Assembly (NCBI GenBank): GCA_022605425.2
Contig: CM061256.1
Span: forward strand, 434,001 to 498,000
Direction: 5' to 3'
Source of the DNA: Hamiltosporidium tvaerminnensis FI-OER-3-3
Lineage: Eukaryota; Fungi; Microsporidia
Length of the DNA stretch: 64,000 bases
Shown: positions 42,601 to 55,400 of the stretch, piece by piece
Position numbering within the stretch: position 1 is the first letter of the stretch
How the letters are laid out: each line of letters opens with the position of its first letter
Notes under the pieces: model-generated
The model's input: only the letters and a program-made list of their open reading frames with translations
What the model was told of the DNA's origin: nothing
Database searches by the model: none
Made by a program: the position numbers and the translations under genes

Positions 42601-44386
42601 TTATACTGTAAATTAGACATCATTTTTTAATTTAATCTAAGAAGAACTATTTTGAATGCGAATGCTAATTTATTTTGACTTACAAAGATAAACTACTCAG
42701 AACTAACAAAATTTTCATACTATACAAATATAATATTAATAAAGTATCAATATTATTTGAAAATGTTTTATACAAGAAATTGAACAATCTAAATTTTGCG
42801 TTATATATACAAAAAATCTAATTAATTAATAACAATTCGGAGTTCATAATTTTAAATGCATAGAAATAGATTCTGAATCCTGTCTTTTATCAAAGAAAAG
42901 TAACATCCAAATGTTCTATTTTCAAATCGGTCCTTTGGAAGATAAAGAAATAATGTCATTTTCACTATTTTTAGAACTTTTTTTCTTTTTGACTATAATA
43001 GATCTTTTATTATTACACTAAAACATATATAGCAGATTTATGTAACATTTTCATGAATAAAATATATGCAACAAGTTTCTTTTGGCATTACTATGCTAAC
43101 CAACCAATATTTTAAATGTAAGGGAATTTATAGTTCGAAAAAAAAAACTTTTATTGTTAAAAAAATTTGTTTCTTGTGCCTAGACTGAGAAAAAACGGGA
43201 ATTTTTAGAAAGCTAATTCTTTTTTATTACAAAATTCGTTTATAAACACAAAAAATAATATATAATACAGATAAAATATTCAGAACGAAACTTTTTTTCG
43301 TTAACAAACAAAAAGAAAGAATAAATGGCGTTTAGGTTTGAATTTTTCATTTCGAAAAGTGGCTATAATATAGGTAACGATTTCGAGTTGAAAAAGATTT
43401 TACTATGTACCTATTTAGGAAACAAAGTTTTATGTTATATACTAAGAAAAAATTTCAAAGAATCATATATTTCGATATGTAAAATCAAGATTTTTATAAT
43501 TGTTAAAAAAGGAAATATATGGTTTTTTGTTTATAATTTCTCATATCTCCAAATTTTTATTGTAAAATTTGGTAGAGAATTCTAAAAAAATACACTTATT
43601 ATATTGAGCTTGTCTTTTTATTTTTAGGTTTTAGAAAAATATAATATAAAATTAAAACGTGTTTACTTTTTTAGGGTTTTTGCAGAATAATTCTAAGGTT
43701 TTAAATATCTATGACCAAAAGAAAGAACTCGAGTAATATATTCCCATTTTTCGTATAAATGATGTTGTTTAACTGTAAAAGAATCTTTAAAAGTAACTTT
43801 CTATACTTTTTTAAGATATCTATTATCCAAAAATATTGGAATATAATAAGCATTAAAACATAAGGTTTTGTGTTTTAAATTTTATGGTTACACTTGTTTT
43901 CCAAGGTTTTTAAATCTGTATTTCTAGGTTATAGCATAAATATGATAGTAAGTTGGTCAAATACTTATCTGTTCTTGTTTTTCCGTTTTTTTTTTTTAAT
44001 TTTTTGTAATTTAATAGTTAACATTATATGTAAAAATAAGAAATGGGTTGGATAATACTATATTATATGTTTCCAACATAAAATATTTAACATACCAATT
44101 GATTTTAATATAGACTCAAATAAACATTATATAAGAAAGATAAGCAAAACATAAATTAAAATATAATATATATTTATGGGTTTTTCAGCGTTTTATCGTA
44201 AATGGATTTTATATGCGTCTTTTTAACAACATCCTAAAAACGTATCTTTTTTTTACTGTGTTAAAACGTTGTCGTTTTGTTGTTCATTAAACCATAATAA
44301 AAATACTGCACGTTTTTAGTTTTTTTAGCAAAAAATGAAAATTGAATAAAACCAAACATTTGATCGAAATTCTACAATGTTTAAAT

Positions 44387-44752
44387 TTATATGGTAGTTG
44401 AATTTTCGATATTGATTTTATATATTAACGATTGTAGGCTAACATTCATTTTTTTCGGACTTTTTACAGTGATAATAGTTTCGATAAGAGTTTGGCACCT
44501 ATGGTTTGTAAATATTGGGATGTATATAGAAATATTTTCATTGAATAATTTGCATGATGGCAAATATGGGGAATATATTTTTTGAATCGGCTCTTTGAAT
44601 AACAAAATGGGCTTTGTTTTTAATACACTATTGCACTCTTTTATTTCTGATACAAAATTTATAAGCTCTATACAATGTTTAGACGCTAGGAACGAAAAAT
44701 TACCAAAGATTATATATAACTCCTCAAATAATATGTCTAAATATTTATTCAT
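44387..44752 (-). CDS. Hypothetical 121-aa ORF or fragment of a decayed gene
   Basis: ATG-initiated 121-codon ORF, long for this AT content. No recognisable domain and no CCC motif directly before the ATG. Confidence 0.25.
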   Translation of the reverse strand: MNKYLDILFEELYIIFGNFSFLASKHCIELINFVSEIKECNSVLKTKPILLFKEPIQKIYSPYLPSCKLFNENISIYIPIFTNHRCQTLIETIITVKSPKKMNVSLQSLIYKINIENSTTI

Positions 44753-45755
44753 TTCTGGTCTATAATTAAGATTTGATTTATAGGTTATTTTTAGGGCAAA
44801 GACTATTTAATTGAACCTAATAATTAATTAGTTGTTGGTTAGGTAATAACAAAATGATCTTGTATAGATTCAGTAAACCAAAATGATAAATTCTATTTCT
44901 AACGAGATGAGCATTCAAATTGAGACTCTTTTTAGAAATTTGATATTCTTATTAAAAAAAATTGCAAATTTTAAAAGACGGTGAGTAGCCTTTTATAGTT
45001 TTTCTATTAAATTTTGTAGTTTAAAAATAAAAAATACAATGATTTGGATGACTAAGTATTAGAACAGTAACGTAAATATTGCCTAGGCTTTAAGAAGAAT
45101 GTAAAATGTATAAAAATATCAAATAGACAGATATAATGAAAGTATATTTACCATAGAATATTATTTTTTACATTTAAACACAAAACTTTTATAGATTTTA
45201 ACAAATATTACTAATCATTTGATTTCGCGAAAATTCTGAAATTAACACTTAGATGCTTGATTATTTACATGTGCTTTATTTTTTTATATTTTCAAATATA
45301 TTTTAGTTTCTCCATCAATCATTGCATTATTTCTTCGATAGGGGGTAAATGACATGGCACTCGAATAGCTGTGTTTGAAAGTGGAATTTTAAGAAATTGT
45401 ATATTTTTACTTGATAAATTGATTTACAACTCTTAAGAAAACATATTCTTCAGATTGAAGCAAAGTATATGCCTGCAAAATTTCGCCTGGCTATTCAGAA
45501 TCGTGTTTCATATGGCAAATAAATCATTATTATTTATAAATTGATCTGTGAAAGCTTTATAATATGATTATTTGTCTAGGTATCTGAATAGTACCGTCAA
45601 ATTTTAAAATCTAAGTACGAATTCTTTTTTTTATTTGTCGCATATAAATAAAATCTTTTTAGGTACATTATAAAACCCATCGTTAGTTTTATTTCTTTGT
45701 TTCTCGTGTAGATCATGGAATTTTCCTTTAATGTTAACCAGTGTTATATATGCTA

Positions 45756-45982
45756 ACCACCGTGCCGGGTGCAAAATGACATAGAGTATTCTCTGTTTGT
45801 CGGAAGAAGCGACAAAAAGAGACTAGTAATCCTTCTGTGGTTGACCGTAAGACTTAAAACCTACCCTTTAAACCCACATTGTTACAAAACCCGAAAAAGT
45901 AAACATTTTCTAAAAAACTGATGGATGGTATTACTGAGGACGCCAAGGCTCATACAGCCATATAGGGCCGATAATAAGGATA
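45756..45982 (+). mobile_element. Bipartite RTE-derived SINE-like element, family B copy 3
   Basis: CCACCGTGCCGGGTGCA..GAGTATTCTCTGTTTGTCGGAAGAAGCGACAAAAAGAGAC..TGTTACAAAACCCGA..AGTAAAC..TTACTGAGGACGCCAAGGCTCATACAG..GGGCCGATAATAA is colinear with 13260-13499. Confidence 0.8.
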
Positions 45983-48172
45983 TGTTATGATCTAAAAAAA
46001 TTCTGTTATGATATTTTTACTATAATAAATAAATATATGGTAAATTCCTACCCAATAAGTATTTTTAACTCTTTCAATCATATATCATACTATAAATTTG
46101 CATTGAATAGCTAAATGGCTCAATCAGCTTATTTAAGTACAAATAATATTTATTTCATTTTTTTTATTTGTTATTTAAAGTGGTCATGTTTGAATAAATC
46201 ATTAATGCATGTTTATTTTATGTGCAATTAATAAAATATAATTTAAAAATACATTCCGATAATCAAACAGCTTGTATAAAAAAAAATCTTGCCTTTATAC
46301 TATTTATGAAATATTTGATCGATTTTTTATATAATACTTATATAATTTGATTTTAAATCACCTAGAATTTTAAATGACTTAAAATATATTGATAAAATAT
46401 TTTAGCATCGATGCTAACTTGTAGATATATGGAAATTTAAATGAAAAAACATGCTCTAATAAATACTATTTTTAACAAATGTTTTTTGATTTCTTTTACA
46501 GAAAATTTTGTATTTGAAATTTGAATGGAAAAATTTATAATTAAAAATCCAAATAGAAATTTTATTTGTAATCAATTAAATTGTCATTAAAAAAATTATG
46601 AATTAACACTCTATTACAAAAAAATCCAGTTAACCGGGTATATATTTTTTTAAATAGATACCTTGTTTTTCTAAATTACGCTTTACTTTCTCATGCTTTT
46701 TGCTTTTGATCTTTTAATAGTTCTTTTCTTGTTTATCTAATCCTTTATGTGGCAATAAATCAAAAACTTATTCTTTTAATTTTTTAGTATAGATAAGTAC
46801 AACCGCGTTTAATTATTCATTTAACTTTATTATAAATACTTCAGTGTATTTTAAAATGAATTTAAGAAGCGCGACCTCAAATATATATTTTTTTAACTAT
46901 AAAAGTGGGTATATATCTATTTTATGATCGCATTTAGAAGAGGATTAATTATATTTGATGTAATATGTCTACAATTATTTTGAACATGTGGTTTTCGCTT
47001 TAGATCTGTTAATCGATATTGAACATGGGCTTAATATGATATAAAGGAGATACAATAGGATTTCATTCTGGTTTTCAATAGCATAATATTGGATATTAAG
47101 TAGAGTTAACTATGAAAATCAAGAAAGAACGTACGAATGAATTGGTTTCGATGTATTTAAGCATGATGCTCATGCATTTTTTTCATGAACTTTTAAAATT
47201 ATAATATGCCACTGAAAATAGAAAAGATTAATTTTAATGAGTTTATTTCTTAGATCCATAGATTTGCTTTACCCTCAAAATTTATAAAAAAAATTCTTTG
47301 AAGAATATTTCTGGTACATTTAATTTATTTTTAACTTCATTTCTTATCTGTCATTAGTAATAGTAGATAGGTTTCGGTCTCGAAATAAATCTAAAATAAA
47401 TTCGCATTATAAATTTTTCGTTAATGCGAGGGGATTTATAGAAGTATTACTTTATCAAAAAACATTTTTGAGATATTAAAGAAAATATATTGTTTTTAAA
47501 ATTTTATTTATTGAATCCAGACTGCTAAAATTTAATCATATTTTTTTTGGATTGCTTTATATCCTATATACATTTACAAGTTGAAATTTTTCTTTATGAA
47601 TCCATAAATTAAAGATCAGAGTATTCTATTACCATATATTTTTAAAATTAGATGCTATAAGATTTTTAAAGAAACCCGCAATTTATTCTAATACTGTTGT
47701 AGAAATATATAGAAAAAATATAGATTTGGATTAAAACATTTCTAGCTTATCTAAAATATGCTCCGATAGCCAAACGAAAGAAAGCAAACATCTTTGATTG
47801 ATAATCATATTTGCTATTCATATTATTGTTGCTTTCTTCCCGAGTTAAGGGGTCTCCTCCCTATCCTAGATTCCGACAGATACAACTAAATTTTGTAACT
47901 AAAAAAAATAGATTCCTAATATATGCTTTTTTTGGTATATTGCCATGTTACTCGTGTGTAAAGGCCTATATAGTTTGCGCTTTGTGACAATTTAGAGCCG
48001 GAAGGTAAAAACTGGGTATTACTATGGCAAAATCTTTAAGAATTATTTAAGACCTAACTATAAGAGAAAAAAACTTTTAATTTAAATGTTTAATTGGAGC
48101 AATCAAATCAATGAATATATTAATTTTTGTAAAATATCAACTAAAGTATACTTTAATATGAACTTCAGAAAT

Positions 48173-50147
48173 TTATATTTCTATAATCCTTAATAAGGCT
48201 TCGATTTTTCCCTTACAATAGTTAACGGAATATTCAATATATCTTTTAGTATATAATTCATAATTTAATCCGACTTTTATAAAATGATTGAATATGACAC
48301 AAAGAGCTTCTGATATCTCCATCAGGGTCTCGATGCGATAGCGCGATAGAAGAATTGCTTTGCTTTTGAGAATTTGCACAATAAGATCTATATAATTCAG
48401 TTGGTTTTTAACAATGCTATTACCTCGAAAAACGTAGAGCGAAAGAAGTTCGATTTCAAAGAAATCAATATATGACTCAATCAAATTTTGATAGAATAAT
48501 CTAAAATTTGAGAAAACATCAATGTCTAAATGACATGAACCTTCAAAAATCCTCAAAAGGAAACAGTTAATATCTAACAACGAGTCATGATCTTTAATAT
48601 TTGCTATTTTTTGAGCTTCTAATCCTAAAATAAACAATGATATCATTTTAGGATCAATTCTGAACATACAATCGGCCACAAGCCCTACTAAAATTTAGGT
48701 GACAACCGCGGGATATATGAATGTCTTTGCTTCTATACATAGCGTTATTAAACATGTAATCCAGCATGGAAATATATTCTCGCGAAATGTTTGATATTCT
48801 AAAAATCTTTCTTGCTATTCTGTAAAAAACCACGTATAGTCTTTTTAGAACACAAAATGAAGCTTTGTCTCCGTTATAAACATCAAAATCTTTGTATTTT
48901 TCGACTGTCACCTCGCCTACGTTAATTCTATCATTCGGTACTCTATTCGGTTGTACATTACAAAGAGAGTTGGCGGCTTTAAGAAGTAGAATCCATAAAC
49001 ATGAAGACTTAACCAAATTTATGTCCTCAAAAATAATATTCTTTAAAAAATATTTTACATTAATTAAACAAGGAAAGTAGGACAATAATGGAGAGTTAAT
49101 ATTGCAAAAATCGTATTTCAGTAAAGATTCATGCATTTTTTCAGACAAATATTTTAACATCGTTAATGAATCAAATTGTGACCAAAACGTTTTCTCCATT
49201 ATGAATATATGATCTATTAAATCAAAAAACGAGTGATATTCGTTTTCTAAAAAATATCCGTCAATAGAAAAATCATTTTCAACAAAAAAAGTAATATCAG
49301 AAAATCCTATAAATTCCGTCTGCAAACGAACGAGTATTCCATAATTCTTACCCCGTGTATCTATCATTCTACTGAAAGATTGTAAACGGGGATGATATAC
49401 CTCCGTATTACGATGGTTTTTCAACTCCAGTTGTGGGATATAAGCTTCGGGTGATTTCATGAAGACAAATGGGCTTTCGAAATTTAAATATCTTCTTGGG
49501 AAGCGGGTATATCTCGATGAAACATCTTCCATAATGTGTAACTTGTTGACCGATTTATTATTCTTGTGAGATTTATATCTCATATCTCTATCATATCGCC
49601 TCGGTCTACTGTATAAATCACAAACATGTCCTTCGGTTCTTCTACAGTCTTCATAACCCTCAAGCGTATACTTTCTTACACTAGAAAAATGAGTGTTGTG
49701 AGAATAGTAATCACGGTTTTTTTGATCTATTTCTTTTCTATTATACGGAAAATATCGATTATTTGTTTCCTTTATCATCTCATCTCGGTCTGAAATAGGT
49801 TTCATAGCACTTAAGCAGTTTCTTGATATTAAATAACTTTCTTCGTCGTGAATAGAAAACTGGTTTTCACTTGGAAGCATTCGCGTAGTTTCATGAATGG
49901 ATCCAATACTCAAACTACTGGCTTCCTGATATGAAAATATATCTGGGTCTCGTGATTCGCTTTTTACCAGGTGCTTAAGAGGGATCACATTCGGGCTGTT
50001 TAATACTTCAGTGTTGTATTCGATCATTGGCCTATAATCATCATTTTCATTAATACGTTTGAAAAAATGCGAGTTCATATCATCGTGGTACCTAGAAGAA
50101 AACACAAAATATAATAGAAAAAACAAATAGTATGTATTTCTTAGCAT
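48173..50147 (-). CDS. Putative secreted lineage-specific protein, paralogue 1 (~657 aa if the 1-nt frameshift near 48683 is corrected)
   Basis: ORFs 48654-50147 and 48173-48679 together align end to end with the conserved domain of 57922-59916 (FSIDGYFL, NSPLLSYFP, SCLWILLLKAA, FNNAMYRS, EISEALCVIFNHFIKVGLN). The N-terminus MLRNTYYLFFLLYFVFSS is signal-peptide-like, and a CCC motif lies upstream of the ATG. Confidence 0.85.
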
Positions 50148-50160
50148 TGAGGGCTTGTAA
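50148..50160 (-). promoter_or_regulatory. CCC motif upstream of the start codon (microsporidian-type initiation signal)
   Basis: The minus strand reads ..AAG-CCC-TCA-ATG after an AT-rich tract. CCC/GGG motifs just before the ATG are an established feature of microsporidian genes. Confidence 0.6.
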
Positions 50161-51282
50161 ATATTTTTTTATGATTATATACATATTATCGATTTAATTA
50201 TATTTTATATAAATAAATATTCTAAATTAAGAATCACATTTTCGATTAAAATATTTCAGAAGTAATATATATTTTAATATACCAAAATATTTTTTGCTAA
50301 AATTCTTTTGAATATTTAATATTATTTCTTGATACAAATCTGGTGTTTCAATTTAATTTCTGCATTTTATTGGGCATTTAAAAAAATATTAATCTATTTT
50401 GTTTTTAGAACGTAGGTTAATGATAAATTTTGGCAAGCTACTCATAAAATAGTAATTTAATAAATTATCTACAATTTTGATACCTTTTATTTTGCTTTCT
50501 CTGCATTTAGGATGCCTTTTATATATTTTATAAATATTTGATGTGAAGCTGGATTTGAATGATTTAAATCGCATTAGAACATTATTTTTATGCGCAAATT
50601 TATGTGATCCCACACCAATCCGAGACATTATATTTGTTTACAGTGGCATAAATTTAAACGAATTAAAAAAAAAAATAGCCTATTCTATTAGAATACACAG
50701 ATGTAAAGAAAAATAATTGTAAATTATTTTCTAATAATATTTATAATTTAATTACTAGAAAAGCACAGTAAAAAAATTTAAAGAATATTATAAAAAATAT
50801 ATAAAAATATTGGATTGCACGATAGTTCTATATACACTTGGTTCCTGGCATAATATATTAAAATCAGTAGAATAGGTATTTGTTCTAGAATTGTTCATGT
50901 AATCAATTGTTTTTTTTTTCGATATTCTGATTAAATTTAGATAAAATGAATGTTCAAAAAAATAGATGGGAAATATGGCATATATAATCTCTTAGACCAT
51001 GTGCATATGTCAAGAATTTCTATAATATCTTTTGGGAAAAATGACTTTTGTTCAAATTGTACACTTTTTTTCTCACTCTCGATATACAGTAGATTCTTGG
51101 CTCGAGACCTTTGATTTTCGCGGCTTTAATCTATCGCGATATTTCGCAACATCAAACGCTCTATTATGACTTCATTCGATTTTCTTCACCTTCTTTAAAT
51201 TTTTTCCTAATATACTTATGTTCTGCATCTAAAATTAATGGTTCTATTTTGTATTTGTAGCTACAACGGCGTTTGAGAAATT

Positions 51283-51900
51283 TTATCCAAAACCTATAAT
51301 GACCGCAAAGGAGCTGTCTTTGCTAATTCTTTTGACAATAAAAATGCCTGTCGCCGCATGTGGTTTGCCATCGAAGGAAATTCGAATTCTTTTTATTGAT
51401 TCTCTATGACAAGAAAGGGTTGAGATATCCCCCGTTTTCACTTTAAGAATTCTTGTGTCCGAATCATATATTAGGAGTAAAAGAAGCTTGTATAAATGCT
51501 AACGTTAGTATCAGTTATGAGCAAATCCATCGAAATATGTGGTAATAGTTCGGATAAGAATGTAAGTCTGTTGTAACATTTTACTGCAATGTTCTTTGAA
51601 ATATAAACAAGCCCATTTGGTAACAAATCTGGATAGATTGAGGCAGCTATATCAGAATTTTTTACGAGCGAAAGATAGTTCAAGAAATTTTAAAGAAACA
51701 AAGACTGCATTTGTGTTTAACACATAGAGCAGTTATCCTGACTGGTTTAGGTAAAGAACCGCGTTAACAGTCCGTCCAGAAGATCCTTGCAGTAGGTGAG
51801 TATTATACTGACTATGTGTTAAATTGGTCGAAAACAAAAAGTCTGGCAGCAAACACATCGGAATATGTATTTTTGATGTAGAAAACAATAGAATTTGGCT
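51283..51900 (-). pseudogene. Possible decayed WD40-repeat gene
   Basis: A start-less open frame at ~51283-51500 reads DSDTRILKVKTGDISTLSCHRESIKRIRISFDGKPHAATG..ISKDSSFAVIIG, which is WD40-blade-like. An upstream piece LLQGSSGRTV resembles the xTGSSDRTV motif. The frames are broken. Confidence 0.35.
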
Positions 51901-53029
51901 CTGATTATTTTGGATGGTATCATTCAGATTATTTGTGGAAATACAGAGAAAGTTTTTCTACATTCAAAGTTTTATTTGCAAGACCAAGAATCTTTGAGCT
52001 AAGGAATTCAAAAACAAAAACTTGCCTAACGCTGCTTTGAATGCAAAACAGCAATGGCTATAACGAAACGGCTTGCTTTGGAATGTTCCACGTGTACTAG
52101 TTTCTATGTCAAAATATCACGAGGATAAAGAGCGAAATTCATTTTATTTTTTCAATGAATGCTGCTGTAAGTCTTGCGTAAACTCTAGCTCGTCTAGTTG
52201 TAATAATAGAAGTCTTTTCTTGAAATACAACTTCTTTCAATCAAACAATTTTTTCAATTGTTATTAGCTCGTTAGAGGTTTTCTGGATGCGAACGATTTA
52301 TAAATAATTTTTCCGAGGTATAAAGAAAAAAAAATACTTTTCAATGATGATGTATGAGCGGAGCTATAAAATCTGGTCGATCATACAAACATCTATTTGG
52401 CTTAAAAGACAATAAGAAGAAGCGGTGAAGGTAAGATCATTTAGAGGAAATCTACAACAAATATCCTCTGCTATTGGAATTTACCTCAGAAGACTTCGGA
52501 AATTAAGCGTCTAAAAATAGGAGACTACAGCAATGCTCGAAAGAAAAAATTTCTTTAATCACGATTAAATATTCAGAAGCGTACAACATCAGGTGCTTAA
52601 AATACATAAGATAACATTAACAGGTTATTCACCAAAGTTATGGGGAAGTTATTTCGTTATAAAGCGCCTCTCTCATGTTCTAAAAACAATCAAAGGAATT
52701 GAAAACTCAATATAAAATAATAAGAAAAACGAATTGTGTATTAATTAATGTTCGAAACTGCACTAGATGAAATAAATAAACCCCAACAAAACCTCTTTAC
52801 TGAAAAAAAGACGGCGCTGAAACCCGCTATAGCAAAGTTTTTCACTTACTGATAAGGTTTGCTCATGAGTTGCTTCATCAGAGAAAAAAGTCGGCGGTTT
52901 ATATTTGCATAACACGTCTTATGTCATTTCATAAATTATGAAATACTTGTAAAAACTATGCATTATAAAATGTTACACCACCATAGAGTAGGTTTTATTA
53001 ATTATAAATAACAATGTAGTGTACAAGCG

Positions 53030-53759
53030 GTGTGGAGGGAGGATAACCACATAAAAAACTTATGCTTGGTAATGAGTTTGTGAAACTGGTGTGAGGATCA
53101 TTGTTTGGATTTTCAGTCGAACTAAAATCACACTACATCTTCGGTTGTTCCATGGGAGTTGTTATGAAGAAGATATATCTAAGAAATGGCTAAACCTTTT
53201 AACGAATTTATTTGTAATTTTTTATGTGCCCAGATTGCGACCGCATCTGATCCTGTAGGTAATTTCCATGTAAAAGTATGGAAACCTAGCCTTGCTCACT
53301 CGGGTTTGAAGACTTAGCGCCTGTGAGATATGAAAATAGAAACCATTAAAAGCCCGGAAAGCTAAGTAGCAGGTTATACCTGTTGGTATGACATTGCACT
53401 GTCTAGGTGAACCCCATGTAAGTCTCTGATATATATCTTAGCTAATCGTTTATCGGGTTCAGAAAGTGTACAGTTAGTAGAGATTCTGCATAGTATTGGG
53501 TAAGCTCAGAAAGGGTTTCGGCCTTCAATCACACTCAATGCAACGGATATCAACGAACTCCGGGCAACTGCCTCGCTTATTAATTAAGTGTTACACACCT
53601 GTTAGATGAAAGCCTTTAGGATATAGGTATCTCAAGGTTTACCCATTAGTGATGGGCTAGCAGTTTTTTATGTTAAACCTAGAACTGCGTTAATGTAATG
53701 AAAAAAATATAACACTTGCTACTGTTTTAAAAATATGTGATACTTTTAAATAAAGTATA
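53030..53759 (+). mobile_element. ~720-bp non-coding retroposon, family A copy 4
   Basis: Full-length copy flanked by a 10-bp direct repeat TGTACAAGCG (53020-53029 and 53760-53769). Confidence 0.92.
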
Positions 53760-53769
53760 TGTACAAGCG

Positions 53770-55400
53770 TATTGCGAAGATACTGCTACTCTCTTAGAAG
53801 TTGTTGAGCTTACTAAAATTTAGGAACTCTAAAAGATAGAAAAAGTAATCAAACACTTAGCTCATTTGAAGAAGTATAAAACAAACTTAAATCACGTGTT
53901 AGAAGACTTTGCCACATTAAATGAAACGCAAAAAAAAATATTTTCTTCAATTAATCAACATGCGGTATCTTTAATCCGCTACCACATAGGTGTACTTCGT
54001 TTTGAACCAGCGAACTTCTTTAAGTTATATGATGCAATACGTGCGTTGTTGGTAAAGAATAATTTGAATCTTCATCCAGGGTGTAAAGAGCATTTTTATC
54101 TTCCTAGAACAGAACTTGGAAGAGATCTTATTATTGTTGAGTTGCAAGCGAACATAGGCTTCTACAACTCTTAGATCGTCCGGAAAAGGTAAAGAAATAT
54201 CTACTAGATGTGCATCAATCCTAAAAGTGGAGAATAATGATAAAACTCACCTTTGACTAATTAAAATCTTTTTAAAAGTAAAGTACAGGTTGGTAGAAGA
54301 AGTTCCTAAAAAGAATTTAGAAGAAGCTCAAGTTAAAAAATTATATAACAAAATAGAAAAACAAAAACAAAGACAAAAACTTGATTCAAAGTTATATAAT
54401 GCAAAAAAAAATGAGCATGTGAGTATTGGTGACTCTTCGAGATGGCCAAAGAAAAAAAATATTAGGCCACGCAATGAAGCAGTATTCTGCTTTATCCGGG
54501 ATAGAAATATATTCTAGGGAGCAGATGGTATGTGCCAACACTGTTATAAATTTTGCTAGACTGTAGATCATCTAGCAACTCGATGTGAAAAAATGCTAAG
54601 TCATGAGTACACCAGACCGCATAATGAAATTGTTGGATGCCTACATTTACTTCTCCTAAATAGATATAAGTTTAAGTCTTAAAAACGGATTAGAAGCCAT
54701 TCAGTTCAAGAATTTCTGCATAACGAGTATGCAGAGATAAGAGTGGACATCAGAATAAAAACTGATGTTAAAATTCGGGGTAATAGACCCGATATTTTTT
54801 TTAGATAAAAAGAAGAATAAGATAACACACATTGAATGAGGAATTACTTCCCAAGATTCTCTTCAAATAGTTGAAACTGAAAAACTTAGGAAGTATGGCC
54901 TGCTGGCCAATGAGTTTGGTCTTATTTATAAGTGTAGTGTTGAGATAATCCCTTATGTGATGACCTGGGACGGTATTGTGACAAATACTATAAGTCATAC
55001 CTTAAAAGACTAGAAATACCCATGAATGTAGAGGCATACATTCGGTCTATAGTACTTAAGAAGACAGTCGAAACAATTTCTTTTGATCGACGAAGAGGAC
55101 TTGATTCAGGATTAAATGCCGAAGGGAGCTGGTATAGAACGTCAATGGGTGTTATTAAGAGAGCCGAGATGCATGAGGAGCCAACACTCATTTTAAAACA
55201 AGCGAGTAGAGGGGAAGATTTTGTTAAAGAATTAAAAACAAAAAATATTAAATCTATATTTCAAAAGGAGGATCTAAGTTAGAGGAACCGACCATAAACA
55301 TATGTGAAGAATCGGAAATAGAAGAAGAGACGGTAGTGGCAAAAGAAGTCGAAGAAAATATATAAAAATGATAAAAAAAAAGTTTTAACCCATAACCTTA
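53770..55400 (+). mobile_element. 5'-truncated degenerate RLE-type non-LTR retrotransposon (copy 2)
   Basis: Starts at CEDTATLLE (end of RT). It continues with INQHAVSLIRYHIG and FYLPRTELGR (post-RT thumb region, LYxPRxxGGRG-like), a CCHC knuckle (CQHC..DHLATRC), NRPDIF, EKLRKY and KKTVETISFDRRRG. Interrupted by stops and frameshifts. Confidence 0.92.

Noticed and set aside
48892-49080. Plus-strand ORFs 48892-49080, 58667-58891 and 59247-59690, the first two similar to each other
   Set aside because: They are antisense shadows of the two paralogous genes, and the similarity is inherited from the sense strand.
53350-53430. CCGGAAAGCTAAGTAGCAGG..CCTGTTGGTA inside family A resembles the 5S rRNA A-box region
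   Set aside because: The similarity is short and internal rather than at the 5' end, and no C-box or 5S fold follows.
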